This document shows, one piece after another, positions 1-15,026 of a DNA stretch of 64,000 bases (the first letter of the stretch is position 1; each line of letters opens with the position of its first letter). The translations under genes were made by a program, and so were the position numbers. The notes under the pieces are model-generated. The model was not told where the DNA came from. It did no database searches and saw only the letters and a list, made by a program, of their open reading frames with translations. This stretch comes from the human T2T-CHM13v2.0 reference genome, Homo sapiens, in assembly GCF_009914755.1 (NCBI RefSeq), contig NC_060939.1; one strand, 5' to 3'.

Positions 1-418
1 TAAAAAAGAAAAGAACTGGTATTCAGAGAAATTAAGAAAATTAATATCACATAGATAGAAATTGGTAAAGGCAGTATTTGAATCAGGGAATCTATTTTTA
101 AATCTTTAGCACTTTATTATATAGACAGACTATTTAATATGACTCTAAGTATCATAATAATCTGGCTTCCTATAAAGTCTTTTTTTTTTTAATTATTTTT
201 TTACCCAGAGGGTGGTAATATCCAAGCAGCTAAAATGAGTATCTCTTTTCATATTGGCTTACTGCTCTGTTTCTAGTGAGCGAGACGAGCTTGGAGAGAA
301 TATTAAAATCTAGTGTTTAGAAAGGAGGTAGAAGATAAAAGACTCTCCACCAACACACACACCCCCAACACAGACACACAACTCTTTATACTCTCTCTTT
401 CTCTGTATCTGTCTCTCT

Positions 419-420
<2 letters not shown>

Positions 421-470
<50 letters not shown>
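421..470. repeat. (CA)25 microsatellite, TMC3 intron 2
   Basis: Perfect dinucleotide run read directly. Confidence 0.97.
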
Positions 471-473
<3 letters not shown>

Positions 474-651
474 GAACTGGCTTCTGGACCAGCTAGACCT
501 CTCAGATATCTTTGTGACTTTGCTAATTCAGGTCAAGAGTGACTGAGCCATCTCTCTCACATGAGTCTTTATCCTCGTTCCCATGGGCAAGGCAAGGTGG
601 TTTATCGGAAAGCATGCTTGTAATGATCAATAATGGCCATTGAGGCCCTTA

Positions 652-807
<156 letters not shown>

Positions 808-927
808 TCAGGGCATTAAGGAGGAAATCTGATTAGAAGAATTGCTTCCAGCAAAGATCATCTTGCCCTGGGCACAAGTTCAGCATCTCACTGCCCTAGG
901 GTCATCTGTATGAAATGTGTATGTGTT

Positions 928-932
<5 letters not shown>

Positions 933-968
<36 letters not shown>
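933..968. repeat. (GT)18 microsatellite, TMC3 intron 1
   Basis: Perfect run with an imperfect GT-rich extension from ~916. Confidence 0.97.
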
Positions 969-971
<3 letters not shown>

Positions 972-2057
972 GTGAGGGACCCACAGAAACAGATAATTTG
1001 CCAGTGTCAGTAGCCTGTTGAAACACATTTATTGGATTCAATTACTTCCACTGGGTCATTAGAAGATAATGATTTCTCAGGGTGCATGATATTATCAGAA
1101 AACACAAGATGAGACAAGAGGGTATTTACGTACTCTTGGATTCCTGAGTAGCAGCAATTTGGGTAGGCAAAATAATTTCTTTTTCAGGCTCATTGAAATA
1201 ATCAGCTAATTTTAGAGGCAGGACTCCTTATGTTACTTGAAGGTAACATAAATCAAAACTTCTGCCACTCAGAAACCCCTCTTCACCCTTTCACGTCAAT
1301 TCATTTTAAGCCTGAGATAACCGAGGCAGAGCCAGGCAAAGCAATTTCTACGAGCGAAAGATTAGCTAAGCAAATTTACATGGGTGAGATATTTCAGGAA
1401 ATAGATACTCTCAAGAGGAACAATTTTCCAACATGTAGCAACATTTACTCCCAGTTACACTTAATATGCTTATCCTAATGCAACATTTTGAGAGGAGTTA
1501 AGAGTATTCATCTATGACTATTAGAAATAAAAGATTTCGTTTGTTATTCTCTAATTCATGTTGTTTTTACTCATTTAGAGGAGAATTTTTTTCAATTTCA
1601 CCAAATTAAATGGTAGCTGTACTTGACCTTTATAAATATTTAACAAATTCGAATAGCACTCTCATCCACTTCTAACTAGCCTGCAGGCTTTTCCAATAAA
1701 CACTTTATTTATCATGATAGACATATTATCTGCTCTCTCTTGACATTGCTGATTGAGTGAACATAGAGAAAACAGGGAAACATATCTGTGGGTTTGGCCA
1801 GCCATAAAGCCAGGTTGGGATGCAAGCTTTTGGATTCTGACCTCCTAGTCAAGAAGCAGCCAGAAGAACCATTTCCCCCCATGCCCATTGCTGAGGTTGC
1901 CATCCTAGTTGTACCACAACCTGGAGAAGTGAGTTTCTGAGTTCATTCTGAAGGACAACTGAGCAGGACAGGGACTTTGTCCCTCGCTCTGGTGACCCAT
2001 GCATTCCTTCCTCACACACCTGACTCCTCTGCCCAGCTGATGAATGGGGCCAGCTCA

Positions 2058-2400
<343 letters not shown>

Positions 2401-2669
2401 GGTGATCTACACATCGCTTGGTGCTGTACAAATGATCACATCCGTTAACCCCTTATGCCCTGACAGTCCTGGATGGTTTGCAAAACACTTTACATCTGTG
2501 ACCATGACTGGTGTTCACAAAACACTGAGGGAGTATAAAAGGCAAGGCTTAATTTCCCCAGTTTTTTACTCTCATCGAAGAGGCTTAGAGACAGTAAGGA
2601 CCTTGCTTGTGTTCATACAGTGGAGTTGAGGAGAGGCACAGCCATCACATTTTATTTTTTCTTATTTAG

Positions 2670-2890
2670 TTTTTTCTCAACTTAGTTTCTATTTTGAAAA
2701 AAGTCAAATCCTTAGAAATGCTGATGGAACAGTACCAGGAATATCTGTACACTCTTAACCTAGATTTACCAATTGCCACATTTTGCCACAATTGCTTTAT
2801 TTCTGTCTGTATCCTTCCCCCACCACACACCATTTGAAAGTAGATTGCAGAAATAATGATACATCAACCCCAAGTACTTCAGCATGATAT
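2670..2890 (-). mobile_element. Old L1 (L1MC/ME-type) 3' end fragment
   Basis: Resembles reversed L1MC4/5-type 3' UTR motifs (cctagatttaccaattg...attttgccaca, aagtacttcagcatg). Confidence 0.5.
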
Positions 2891-4194
2891 TAATAATAAT
2901 CAAATTAACATCTTATTACATTTTACCTTTACCATACATGGTCACATTAATGAGCACTATGACTCTGAGACTGAGGCTAAAAGAAATAAAGAGACTTCCT
3001 ATAGCATTTGGTAAGAAAGGAAGACTTTGATAGAGATTAGACTCTCACCTCAATGTTCTGAAAATAGGTTGCCTGCTGTAAAATGGGATGAGTAGTTCAT
3101 CCTAGTCCTTCAGCAAAGGTCAGCAGCTTCTCCTCCCCTTCCCCAGCCATCAGCAGAATGGAGCCCGGTTCCTTTGTCACCTGCAGACTCTCACTGTTAG
3201 CCATGCATTGGGATTCTGTTCCAAGAACCTCATTCCCAAGTCCAAGACTTGCCTGGTTTCACAGTGTAAACCTCTATTTGCTACTTAACACAAGAAATGG
3301 TTTGACTGCAGTGAGGTAAATTGCACCTTTGTAGTAACAGAATGGGAAGGTGCAGGACTGGAGTAGACATGACTCTTTCTATTGAACATTACCCACTGCA
3401 CACTAAAGACTCAATAAATGGGTGAATAAATAACTGAAGTGGACACCAGACAACGGAGCAGAAAGAAAATCCATCAGCAAGTTCAGATGTGGGGCTTCGG
3501 AGAGAAACTTCATTCATTTGTCCATTCAATCCTCCACTAATTCATTAGCAAATAATTGGAAAGATCTTACCACACACTGAACTGGCAAATGTAAGCAAGA
3601 GCCCTAGCCCAGGGGTTCAGGACCATCAGGCAAGTGTTCAGACCTAGCGCTGAAAGCATGGGAACGAAGTGGAAGGCTGAGTGCCAGAGCTGGCCTTGGG
3701 TCAGAGATGGATCCGGAGCCTCTGGGACCAGGTCATCTGTCTGCCAATTTGCTTGAGGCCATTTGGCCTGATGCTCTATCTGGTAACATTAGATAAAATG
3801 TGTGCTTATCAAATGGACAAATGGCTTATACAATAGAATTACTGCTAGCCCCACTGGGATTTTTTGCATTCTTTCAGAGATCTTTACTTAGCTCAATCAT
3901 TCCTGAACATTTCAAAGATTTTTTTCGTCCTACTTTTTCTAAAGCCCCCCTGCCTTATTTTGAAATATTTACTCAAAAATTTAAAATATTTTATATTAAT
4001 CTCACTCAAGTATTTTGAGTGTTTTTGTTTCCTTTTGATGTTACATATACATGTATATTGTAAGGGGAGGTAAGGAAAGGTAGCAAATTTTGCAGTACAC
4101 AGGGATTTATTAAAAACAAATTAGAGCAAAATCAATCTTTTTAAAATTTCATATTCATTCAGGTAATTCTCTCTGGCACTATAGGTGAGATAAG

Positions 4195-5003
4195 TGTCAA
4201 CCTTAAATAATGAGATTCAGAAAATTAATTCAGAGATTAAGAATAGAGTTTATTTGAACACAGAACTTGAGGGTAGCCACCCAGGAACCATCAAGTCCAA
4301 ATAAATGGGATCAGCATTCCAAAGTGGAGAAGTTAAGGTTTTACTTGTATAGGCAGAGACAGAAATGTTAGCCGGATTACATTTTCTATATGAGACCAGT
4401 GCCTGTGGTTATAGATTGCTGCATTCTAAGGAAGATGACTTTATTACTCTGTGAGAAGGGGTAGTGATCCTGGTAGGGGGGTGTTATCTCTGATGCCCTT
4501 TGGCCTTTCTAATTATTTACAGGGAAGAAAAGGCAGAAGTTACAGCTGTGTGCCACATGACTCAGGCTGCAAAGCCACATTCTTCTCAAGGCTTAGAATA
4601 ATTTCAAGTTACAACAGCATTAAGTTTAAGTTAATTTTAATAATTAAGTAATTTATTGGCCGGGCGCGGTAGCTCACACCTGTAATCCCAGCACTTTGGG
4701 AGGCTGAGGCGGGCCTCACAAGGTCAGGAGATTGAGACCATCCTGGCCAACATGGTGAAACTCCGTCTCTACTAAAAATACAAAAATTAGCCGGTCATGG
4801 TGATGCGTGCCTGTAATCCCAGCTACTCAGGAGGCTGAGGCAGGAGAATTGCTTGAACCAGGGAGTCAGAGGTTACAGTGAACTGAGATTGTGCCACAGC
4901 ACTCCAGCCTGGCAACAGAGCGAGACTCCGTCTCAAAAAGATAAATAAATAAAAATAAATAAAATTAAGTAATTTATTGAACCTAAATGAAGATAGGTTG
5001 AAT
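4195..5003 (-). mobile_element. ERV1 MER4-group solo LTR (MER34/MER39-like), interrupted by an Alu
   Basis: Starts tgtcaacct; carries agagtttatttga...cttgagg.tagccaccc motifs typical of reversed MER4-group LTRs. Right boundary uncertain. Confidence 0.5.
4658..4962 (+). mobile_element. AluS (AluSc-like)
   Basis: Full dimer from ggccgggcgcgg, A-rich tail, 16-bp TSD aattaagtaatttatt. Confidence 0.93.
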
Positions 5004-5485
5004 AAAAGATATTTAACTCTATTTTTAGTACCCAAATCATAAATTAACTGAGATAATTACATAGGAATTGCAACTTTTGATATTAATCAGTTGTCCTTGT
5101 TTTTTGCCTAATTTTAAGGAAATGTTGATTTCTAAACATTTTTATTATGAAGTTAATGTATAATCATCAAACAAAATGGAAACAATAGGAAAATTAGAAA
5201 TAGCAAAAACCACCTAGAACAATATTGCTCAATGATATTAACTATTAATCTTTTCAGCTTTTTAAAAGTGCATATTTTCCTTTATATATTTTGTGGCTGT
5301 ACTGTATATGTGTATTTCTCTTACCTTTTCCATTGATTTTATATTTAAAGCAATTTCCATGTTTTAAAAAAATTTTCTGTGGGCATATTTTACCAATAGG
5401 CTATTGAGTGGTATATTCTGTCTAGGATGTGAAGCATTTAACTGTGCCCCATTTCTCAAACATCCATTTTGTTCTCCCTAGTACC

Positions 5486-5801
5486 TTTTGTTTGTTTGTT
5501 TGTTTGTTTGTTGTTGTTGTTTTGAGACAGAGTCTCACTCTGTCACCCAGGCTGGAGTGCAGTGGCACCATTTTTGGCTCACTGCAAACTCTGGTTCCCA
5601 GGTTCAGGCGATTCTCCTGCCTCAGCCTCCCGAGTAGCTGGATTACAGGTGTGTGCCACCACACTCAGCTAATTTTTTTAGTACAGATGGGTTTTCACCA
5701 TGTTGGCCAGGCTGGTCTCAAACTCCTGACCTCAGGTGATCCACCCACTTCAGCCTCCCAAAGTGCTGAGATTACAGGCGTGAGCCCAGCCCCCACCGAC
5801 C
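5486..5801 (-). mobile_element. AluS (Sx/Sz-like)
   Basis: Reverse Alu dimer with a (TTTG/TTG)n tail. Confidence 0.92.
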
Positions 5802-7769
5802 TTTTTTTTGGCCATCGATATTTTCTGCTTTTCACATAATTTCTATAGAATTAGTTTTTCAGAAGTGAAATTACTAGATCAAAAAGAATATTATTTAAGA
5901 AAATTCAATGTTGTCAAATGAATATTGCTCCCTTTATATTGATTTAATGTGCTTTTATTATTATTGGTAAAATGAGTTTTTAATCAAAAATTCACATTTG
6001 TCTATGGTCTGTTTATGGTTTCCTTGGTCTGATTTTTACAAACTCCCTCTAAGTACCCCCCGGCATTCATGTGGGCAGTGTGTTCAAGGCGAGGCTGTGA
6101 TTGCAGCCTCTCATTCTCCAGCCGGATGGACTTGGATGCCCTTCCCCATTTCCTCTCTAGACTGCTGCTCCTCTGGGTGCTGAAGGGCCAGGCAGAAGGA
6201 GAACATAGAGAGGATGTTGCTTTCTGAATGCAGGGAGATTAATTACTCCACATGCATTGACTTCCTCTGACAATTTGATTAAAGGTTTTAGATGCGCTGG
6301 ATACCTTTAAGTTAAGCCAGAATTTGTATGTAGATAAAATGACTAAAAATCCAAAAATCAAAAAGGTTCCAAATAGTGTCAAAATAGGCTAAAATTATTA
6401 TTTCCTAGACCCACTGCTTACAGGATCTATGGGGTGAGAGAAAGAAGGTAGTAAGGCAGATAGAGATAGCAAGTGAAGGCCTAATTGTATAACATATGAA
6501 TCTTGTTCAGTTCTAAAAACAAAACAAAACAACAATAAAATTTAGTTATAAATCCCAGAAGGTTTCATCAGAAATGATCCGAAGGCTTAGCTTACAGGGA
6601 CAAAAACATTTATTTCCTACGTCATCAATTAAAGAGTTGTTTTCCTGCTAAGTGAATTCTATTCTGAGAAATTAATATCCCTGGGCACATCCTAAAATTT
6701 ATGTGTGAGTCCAGTGTGTTCCATCAGCAAAGCCAAAGTCTCTTTTCTTAGCTATCAGATTTTCAGCTCTGGATTTTACAAGACAAACTTTCCCATTCCT
6801 GGGACATATTTACACCTCTGTTATATTGTTTTAGCAACCCCAAAAGCTTTTGCTTGAAGTTTAGAAATATGTTTTGGGTTTGGAGAATATTTTTCAGGGA
6901 AGATTCTCAAGAAGAGATTGTTTTCAATTATCTGAGTAACAGCTGAATTTGTTGAGGCATGAGAACTTATTTTTATTTTTGGATTCCACATGAAATCATT
7001 GGTGGCAAATAAATTTGAAACTGTGCAGACCCTCTGAGATTTCCCTTGGGGTCCTGTGATACTCTGTAACTATGTTACACCTTTAGAAAGTAGTCTGAGA
7101 TTCATAGATGGGTTGGTGGGGGTGGGGGGTGGTGTCCTTTGCTATATTGCCCCTTGCATTAAGTGAAGATAGATTCTTATCACCATAATAGAATCCTTTA
7201 AGAAGAAGAACAAATCATCAGATAGGTTGCTGTTGGGATACAATTGTAACGCTGCCCTGTCCCATCAGCTGTTAAGCTTCCTCAAGGAATGAGATTCCTT
7301 TTCATATATGAGTGTATCTAAACACATAATCTGTCCTAGGAGAAAGAAAAAAATTGAAGTTTCTAAAAAACGGGGGTAAAAGACAGCAGCTGAATTCCTT
7401 GTCAAACGACTATTTAGTAATTGGCTGAGAGTTTTCCTGAATGATTTTTAGACTGTCTGTATTTTCCCAAGTATTTGGGGAATATTAGAAAGCACAGCCA
7501 ACGTCTCAGGAGGGATGAGCTCTCAGCATTTCTTCACGTCCTTACAGAAATGCTATGTCTCCATCAGCAGATGGAAGCCAAATAGCATCTGGGATCAGCT
7601 GAGACAACAGAACAGAGCAGATTCCAGACAAAACAGTATTTACGATATGTTGATCTACCGCCAAAATACGAAGTTTATCGTGTTTTGCTTTGGTCTCGAT
7701 GTGATATTTTAAAACCCCTTCTTTTAGAAAATTATCTTCATCTTTTCCTCACATCTCTTTTCATCTTAT

Positions 7770-7880
7770 ATTTTCATTTTAAAATAATTAATGGTCAAAT
7801 AGGGATTGAGGTATACAATGTGATGATTTGATATATGTATATGTTTTGTAATGATTACCACAATCAAATTAATTAACATG
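7770..7880 (-). mobile_element. L1MA-type 3' terminal fragment
   Basis: tacaatgtgatgatttgatatatgtat...aatgattaccacaatcaa motif. Confidence 0.6.
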
Positions 7881-8899
7881 TATTTTTGACATATCTTTTC
7901 ATTTCTTGTTTTATAAAGATCTTTCAAAATCCTTTTCCTTAACGTGCAAACCAATTTAATTCCCCAAAGCAAGGCCTTTTAAAAATTAAACTACTCCTGC
8001 CCTCTTTTTTCACTTTTAGTACTTTACCTTCTTTTTAAATAATATTTTCATAGGTCTAATTAACACCGCATTTCTGCCTCTACATTTTTTTGATTTTTGA
8101 AGAAGGAGAGTTCTGTCTTGGCATGTGTATACCCACAAATAGTCTTCATGTATAAATTATATTCCCACCTTAAATCTCATCGTATATATAAATGCCATGA
8201 TGATCTTTACAAATCATGTGGGATTTTATATTACTCGTAATTTTATATTACTCATAATTTTATATTGCTTGTTTACAGATTTAAAAGCCTGATGAAGGAA
8301 CAGCTGAACTCAGAGAAACAGCAGGTGAAAGTAAATTTTTTATTTATTTTTTCTTCCTTTTGCCAACATTCTGCATCACCTCTTGTTTCTAGCCTCACTT
8401 TCATTCCAGCAGCTTCTCGGGTGTGGCTGTGGCTGTGGCTGTCTGGCTTCCCTTCTATTGATACCTCTGGCAGCCTTTGAGGGATGAGAGGGCGTGGGGG
8501 TTTCCACTGCAAACATGAGGGAGTAGGTTGAGTGCTTCGTTGTTGAGGTGAGCTTCCCTGATGGGGTTGAACCCTGTATATCAGAAAGAAGCCCAACCAC
8601 CCTTTTGCTATTTCATAGTGAAGCATTGCATTGAATCTCCTGGAGCAGACATAAATGAATGTTGTGGCTCTGGAGTGGTAAAAGAGATTGCAAACAAACA
8701 GTCTTCATATCTCCTGGGGGTGCTTTTTACTGAGCTAACATAGCTAAGCTGGAAATGTGTTTTCTAGTATTCCATTCTCTGTGTGTTGCTGGCCACAAAG
8801 AGACTTGTGTGTCTAAGTCTTGGAAGATGTAAGAGAAGGAGCTGCCATTTTGTGTGCTCTGAGGTGGGTAAAGGGCACCAGATGCTGTGGCAGCTCACA

Positions 8900-9337
8900 C
8901 AGGTCTGTCATCTGCTAGCCTTGCCTTGCGGGTGGGGCCATATCCTGAGCCTCGCACAACCTCAGCTCCCACTGGATCTCTTCCTTCAGCTCCTCTGAGC
9001 CCTGGGCCAGATGTGTGTACAGCTCCATGGTGAAAGCCACCAACTTTTCCAGTAGGTCTTCTGCATCTTTTGGGTGGGAGGTGGTGAGAAAGAGAGGTGG
9101 GCTCTATTTCATCCTTTTGAGGGGAAATGGGAAAATACCTCTTGTCCTCTACTTCCTCAATTTCACACCCAACTCTCCTTCCTAACTCCCAGTCCAGGCG
9201 ATATAGAACAAATTCAGCCCAGTATCAGATACTACCTTTACAGAGATTTCACAACCAGTCTCACCATTGTGCAGATCCTAATCCCTGTTATAAATTCTAT
9301 ATATTGGTTCTGTTTCTCCAATTGAACCCTGACTGAA
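8900..9337 (+). mobile_element. Degenerate ERVL-type LTR (3' part)
   Basis: Ends ggttctgtttctc...gaaccctgactga, typical of ERVL LTR termini. Left boundary uncertain. Confidence 0.4.
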
Positions 9338-10091
9338 AAAGCTCTTCATGGCTACTGTTGCCTGCGAATTTTATCTCTTGAATTAGTAGATGGTTATACT
9401 GCTCTGCCAGGACTGTTTGACTTCCTGAACAGAAAGCGTAAATGGTAAAGTGTGGATTGTGATTAAATCATTGATGACCTACTACAGGTTGGTAGTTTGT
9501 TCTGTCTGAATTGCATCTTAAAGAAGCTCATTGAAATGTCTTATATGGTGACATACTTCCTTTTCTCCAGTGTTATTTAATGTTCTCTTATTTTTATAGC
9601 CCTTGACCTTAGCCTTTTATTTAAAGCTACTGAGGGGCTTAGATTACTGTTGCCATTTTTCTTGGGATTATGCTAATCCAGGTTTTCATTTTACTATGTC
9701 AATCTCCACTTACATTTTTTTTTAACTCTGCTGGTTTCCTTTATAAAGTCACTATCTCTTCTTCTTCTCTTAATTTGCGTCCCTTATTTCAGAGACAATG
9801 ATTTCATTTTATTTCACTGAGTGAGAGAAGCAAATGTCTAAAATTTACATTTTGCTTTCTGTAGAAAGCTCCTTTCTAAAATCTGCGTTTTTCTTTACCT
9901 CTGGCATGCTGCATTCATTTCCTTTTTTATGCTGCAGAATTTCTGTGTTTGCGCCCCCATCCTGTGAGTGAGTGTTCTCTGGCTTCCCTCCCTGTTCCCA
10001 GGAATGCTATGGGACTTCATCTTTCATATGCTTACTGGTGAAGGCTGCTGCATGATGACTTTGTAGGCTGAGGGAGTGGAGAAAAAGGTGA

Positions 10092-10507
<416 letters not shown>

Positions 10508-10719
10508 ACTTCTTGTATTCCTTTGTTCAGCATGGCCTCTTCCTCAGGTCTTCGATGTGGCTTAGTGTCCCTCTCAAGAACTTTTCCACAACAGGGACAG
10601 GATCTCACCACAGCAGAGAGAATCAGAATCAGTGAAAAACACCCATGCCTGGAGACTTCTTGTTTAGAACGGCCACTCTTGTTTTGATCCTTCACATCCC
10701 CTCCAATCTAATTCTGAAT

Positions 10720-11140
10720 TTTTTTTCTTTACTGTGGCAAAATACACATAACATAAACTTACATGTTACCGTTTTTAAGTGTCCAGTTCAGTGGCATTAA
10801 GAACATGCACATTGTTTGGCAATCATCACGAGTATTCATATTCAGGACTTTATTCATCTTCCTCAACAGAAACCCCCCATACCCACTAAACAACAAGCCC
10901 TCATTTTCCCCTGCCCCACCAGCCCCTGACAACCGCCATTCTTCTTTCTGTCTCTAGGAAGCTGATTACTCTAGGTACCTATGAGGGTGGAGTCATACAG
11001 TATTTGTTTTTGTGACTGGCTGATTTCACTCAGCGTAATGTCTTCGAGGTCCATTCATGTTGTGGTATGTGTCAGAAATTCCTTCTTTTTTAAGGCTGAA
11101 TAATATCTCACTGTAGGCATATTCCACATTTTGTTTATCA
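10720..11140 (-). mobile_element. L1MB-type 3' end
   Basis: Reversed L1MB 3'UTR motifs (agttcagtggcattaag, gtcatacagtatttg, aaggctgaataatat). Confidence 0.8.
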
Positions 11141-11371
11141 TTTAAATGTTTTTAAGCTATAGCAAGAAAGGGTGTGGAACAAGAAACGGTCCCTATCTCT
11201 CCCACCATCTTCATGTCTAGCCCATGCACCTCTGAAATAGTAGTGTTGGTAGGACTCTAGATACTTCCTATTAAATGGGCTACAAATTCCCTGTAGATGA
11301 GGGTTCTGACTTAGGGAACTTTCTTTAATCTCCTTCCATTTTACCAAGTCTCCCGGAAACTTCTTGAAGCA

Positions 11372-12051
<680 letters not shown>

Positions 12052-12526
12052 AAGCATTTAGTAAGTTCAGGCTCTTTTTTTTTTCTAGTTTCTAGAATTG
12101 GTGCAGATTTGCCTCTAATCATTTAAAAATAGTAAATATAATATTCTCCATTTCTGGTGGGTGGAATTCCCATATCCACAGCACTTTCTTTCCCCTTCCT
12201 CTCTCTGCTTGTGAGGGCCTCTGAGTTTATTATTTCACTCATTCATTACATAAATACTAAGTACCTGTGCTGTGTTGTGTTACAACATTAAATCATATGC
12301 TACAACATTTTCACCAGACAAGGTCTATGGGTTTTGGAAAAACTCTAGGCAGTTTCCCTGAATCCCAAGCAGGCTTGTTCAGGCTTACTATTTAGAGAAA
12401 ATGGGTCTGACCTGGAGAGTCAGTATTTATGGTGTGATGCACTTGAGTAGATCTTATCAGCATCTACTAATGAGAGTTGAACATTAGCATGCTAATGTCT
12501 AAATTCAGAGTATATTCTGTGTCATT

Positions 12527-13041
12527 GAGATAGGCAGAAAAATGACCCCCCAAAATCTATCTACGTCTTAACCCCTGAAACCTGTGCGTATTTCCTGATA
12601 TAGCAAAAAGGGAGGGAGGTCCTTGCAGATGTGATTAAGTATTATGAGATAGGGAGGTTATCCTAGATTATCTGGGTAGGCACTACAGGTAATCACATGT
12701 ACCTTATAAGAGGGATGAAGGAGGAGATTTTACTGCATACAGAGGAGAAGGTGATGTGAAGATGGAGCAGAGAGAGACCTGAAGATGCTGGCGTTGAAGG
12801 CTGCAGGGATGCAGCCACAAGCCAAGGAGTGCCTGCTCTCACCAGAAGCTGAAAGAGGCAAGGAATGTCTTCTTCTATAGAACCTACAGAGGGAGTACCC
12901 TGCCAACACCTTTATTTGGGCCCAGTGATACTATCAGACTTCAGACTTCTGGCCTTCAAAACTGCCAGAAAATACATTTCTGTCATTTTAAACTACTACG
13001 TTTATGGTGATTTGTTACAGCAGCCACAGGAAATTAATCCA
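12527..13041 (+). mobile_element. MLT1D-like MaLR LTR
   Basis: gcagatgtgattaag, ccagaagctg..agaggcaaggaa and tttgttacagcagccacaggaaa motifs. Confidence 0.8.
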
Positions 13042-13362
13042 GCCACTTTATGTCCAAAATGAGGTTAATAATAGGGAACCTGTAAGTGCATGCCTTGTTT
13101 CAAGTTTACCAGAGATGCCACATCCTTCCTGGTGTCTCTGTGGGTTTGCTTCCTAAGATTCCAATCAACCCTTGCACCCGGTGATCAACTTTCCAACTGT
13201 CTTTCAGAAAATGATTAACTTCTGTTTTTTAACTAAGTCGTCCCCAGCAAACCATATTTTTGTGAAAGCTTACTGTTCATTTCTGCAGGCCTGAAGGGAG
13301 GTGGGGCTAGTAAGTCTCAGCCCCTTCTCTGCAAGCCTGCTCTAAACAGCAGTGACAGACAT

Positions 13363-13796
13363 GGCATGGTCCACCTTCTAGTCATTAGATATAATGCCAA
13401 GATAAACAAGTTTGATTGATACCCTGGGGTGAAATTCCTTTTTGCACTCCAGGTACTGAGGAGAAGGCATTGTGTATGGGACACTGGAAGAGGTATGGGA
13501 CTGTGTGAAGCCGGCTGTTGGGCATGGTCCACCTTCTAGTCCTTAGATATAATTCCTTTTTGGGCTCCAAGTACTGAGGAGAAGGCATTGTATATGGGAC
13601 ACTGGAAGAGGTGTGGGACTGTGTGAAGCCGGCTGTTGGGCATGGTCCACCTTCTAGTCCTTAGATATAATGCCAAGATAAACAAGTTTGAGTGATACCC
13701 TGGGGTCAAATTCCCTTTTGTGCTCCAGGTACTGAGGAGAAGGCATTGTATATGGGACACCAGAAGAGGTGTGGGACTGTGTGAACCCGGCTGTCG
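13363..13796. repeat. Tandem triplication 158/118/158 bp
   Basis: Units start at 13363, 13521 and 13639 (ggcatggtccaccttctagtc...). The middle unit lacks 40 bp. Confidence 0.95.
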
Positions 13797-14254
13797 GGGG
13801 CCTGTGAGAGAAGGGGGATGAGAATGTGATTGGTTTTGAAATGATCTAAAATAGAAACTCCACAGATGGCCTCTGAGAAATTGAGACTCCATTCTGTAAA
13901 AAGGCACAGAGTCATAGAACTGTAGCGCTAGAAAGACTCTGGTCACCTGGCTCAATCCCCTGTTCTACAAAAGACGGGTCAGAGGCCTCAAGAGATACGA
14001 CTCTCCAAGGCTGTCCAACCCATAGGTAGGAAAACTGGGACTTTTTGAAGTGTTTCTGTGAGAATGAAAATAAATAGCTGTAAAAGGCTCAGAATAGTGT
14101 TTGATGTAGTAAGTGTTCAAAATGTTTGATTGTGATAGGTTTATTTAAAACATTGGGCCACCTAAATTTCCAACATCAAAAGTGAAGTAACAAGAATGCT
14201 AATGAAATACAACGTTTTATCTAAAATAATGCAATCATCAGAGCCTTTCTGTTC

Positions 14255-14880
14255 CATCTGCCTCTGTGACTACTGCCCAGTCCAAGCCGCCATTGCCTAG
14301 ATTGTCGTAGCAGCCTCCTCATCGTTGTCCTGTTTCTTTTGACGACTTCCAAAGACTATTTCCCGCCCAGCTACATCCCATTCTCCTCACAGCAGCCAGA
14401 GAATTTTTTTTTGTAAAAAATGTAAGTCAAATCAGGTGCCTTCTCTTCTAGAAACCTCCAGTGGCTCCTTTTCTCAGTCAGAGTAAAATCCACATCCTTA
14501 CCCAGAGCTACATAGCCCAACAAGAGGGACCCTGTGCTGCACCCTGGAGCTCTTCTCCTGTAATTTGAGTGTCTTGCCTACCCTGCTCTGGCCACACTGG
14601 CCTCCTTGCTGTGCCCAAATACTCCAGGCCTGTGGCCTTGGGGTCTTTACGTGTGTCTTTTGCCTTGGTTGGAATGCTTTTTCCCTGCATGCTCAGTTAC
14701 CTGCTCCCTTTCCTCCTTCAAGTCTCTTCTCAAATGTTGCCCTATCAGAGGGTATTTTTGGCCACCCTACATACCAGAGCAAACCACCAGCCCTCATTGG
14801 CTGCCTATCACGCTTTATTTTTCTTTATAGCATTTATCCCCACCAGATATTAAATATATACATATTTACACCTTGCTAGT
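14255..14880 (+). mobile_element. L2 fragment
   Basis: cacagcagccagag...aaatgtaagtca...ccttggttggaatgc L2a-like motifs. Confidence 0.7.
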
Positions 14881-15026
14881 CTATCTGTTCAGTACTATAC
14901 TTTTACATGAAAGTAAAAAACAAACAAGAGACAGTTTACATATTATATCTTTCTTTTAAAAAAACATAACTTACTCTATTTGGGTGAATAAATGACAATT
15001 GAGCCTATGATTTGTTCTGTGTCTAC

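Noticed and set aside
5429-5839. 136-aa ORF (and similar ORFs at 10119, 11598/11605, 17898, 45933, 53315)
   Set aside because: Translations of Alu sequence (LECSG/QAGVQW signatures), not genes.
8224-8324. 17-bp tandem repeat followed by a 46-nt exon-like segment (AG 8278, CAG|GTGAAA 8324)
   Set aside because: Weak donor; such matches are common by chance.
13317-13955. Repetitive ORFs over the triplication
   Set aside because: By-products of the DNA repeat; frames shift between units and there is no recognisable protein.
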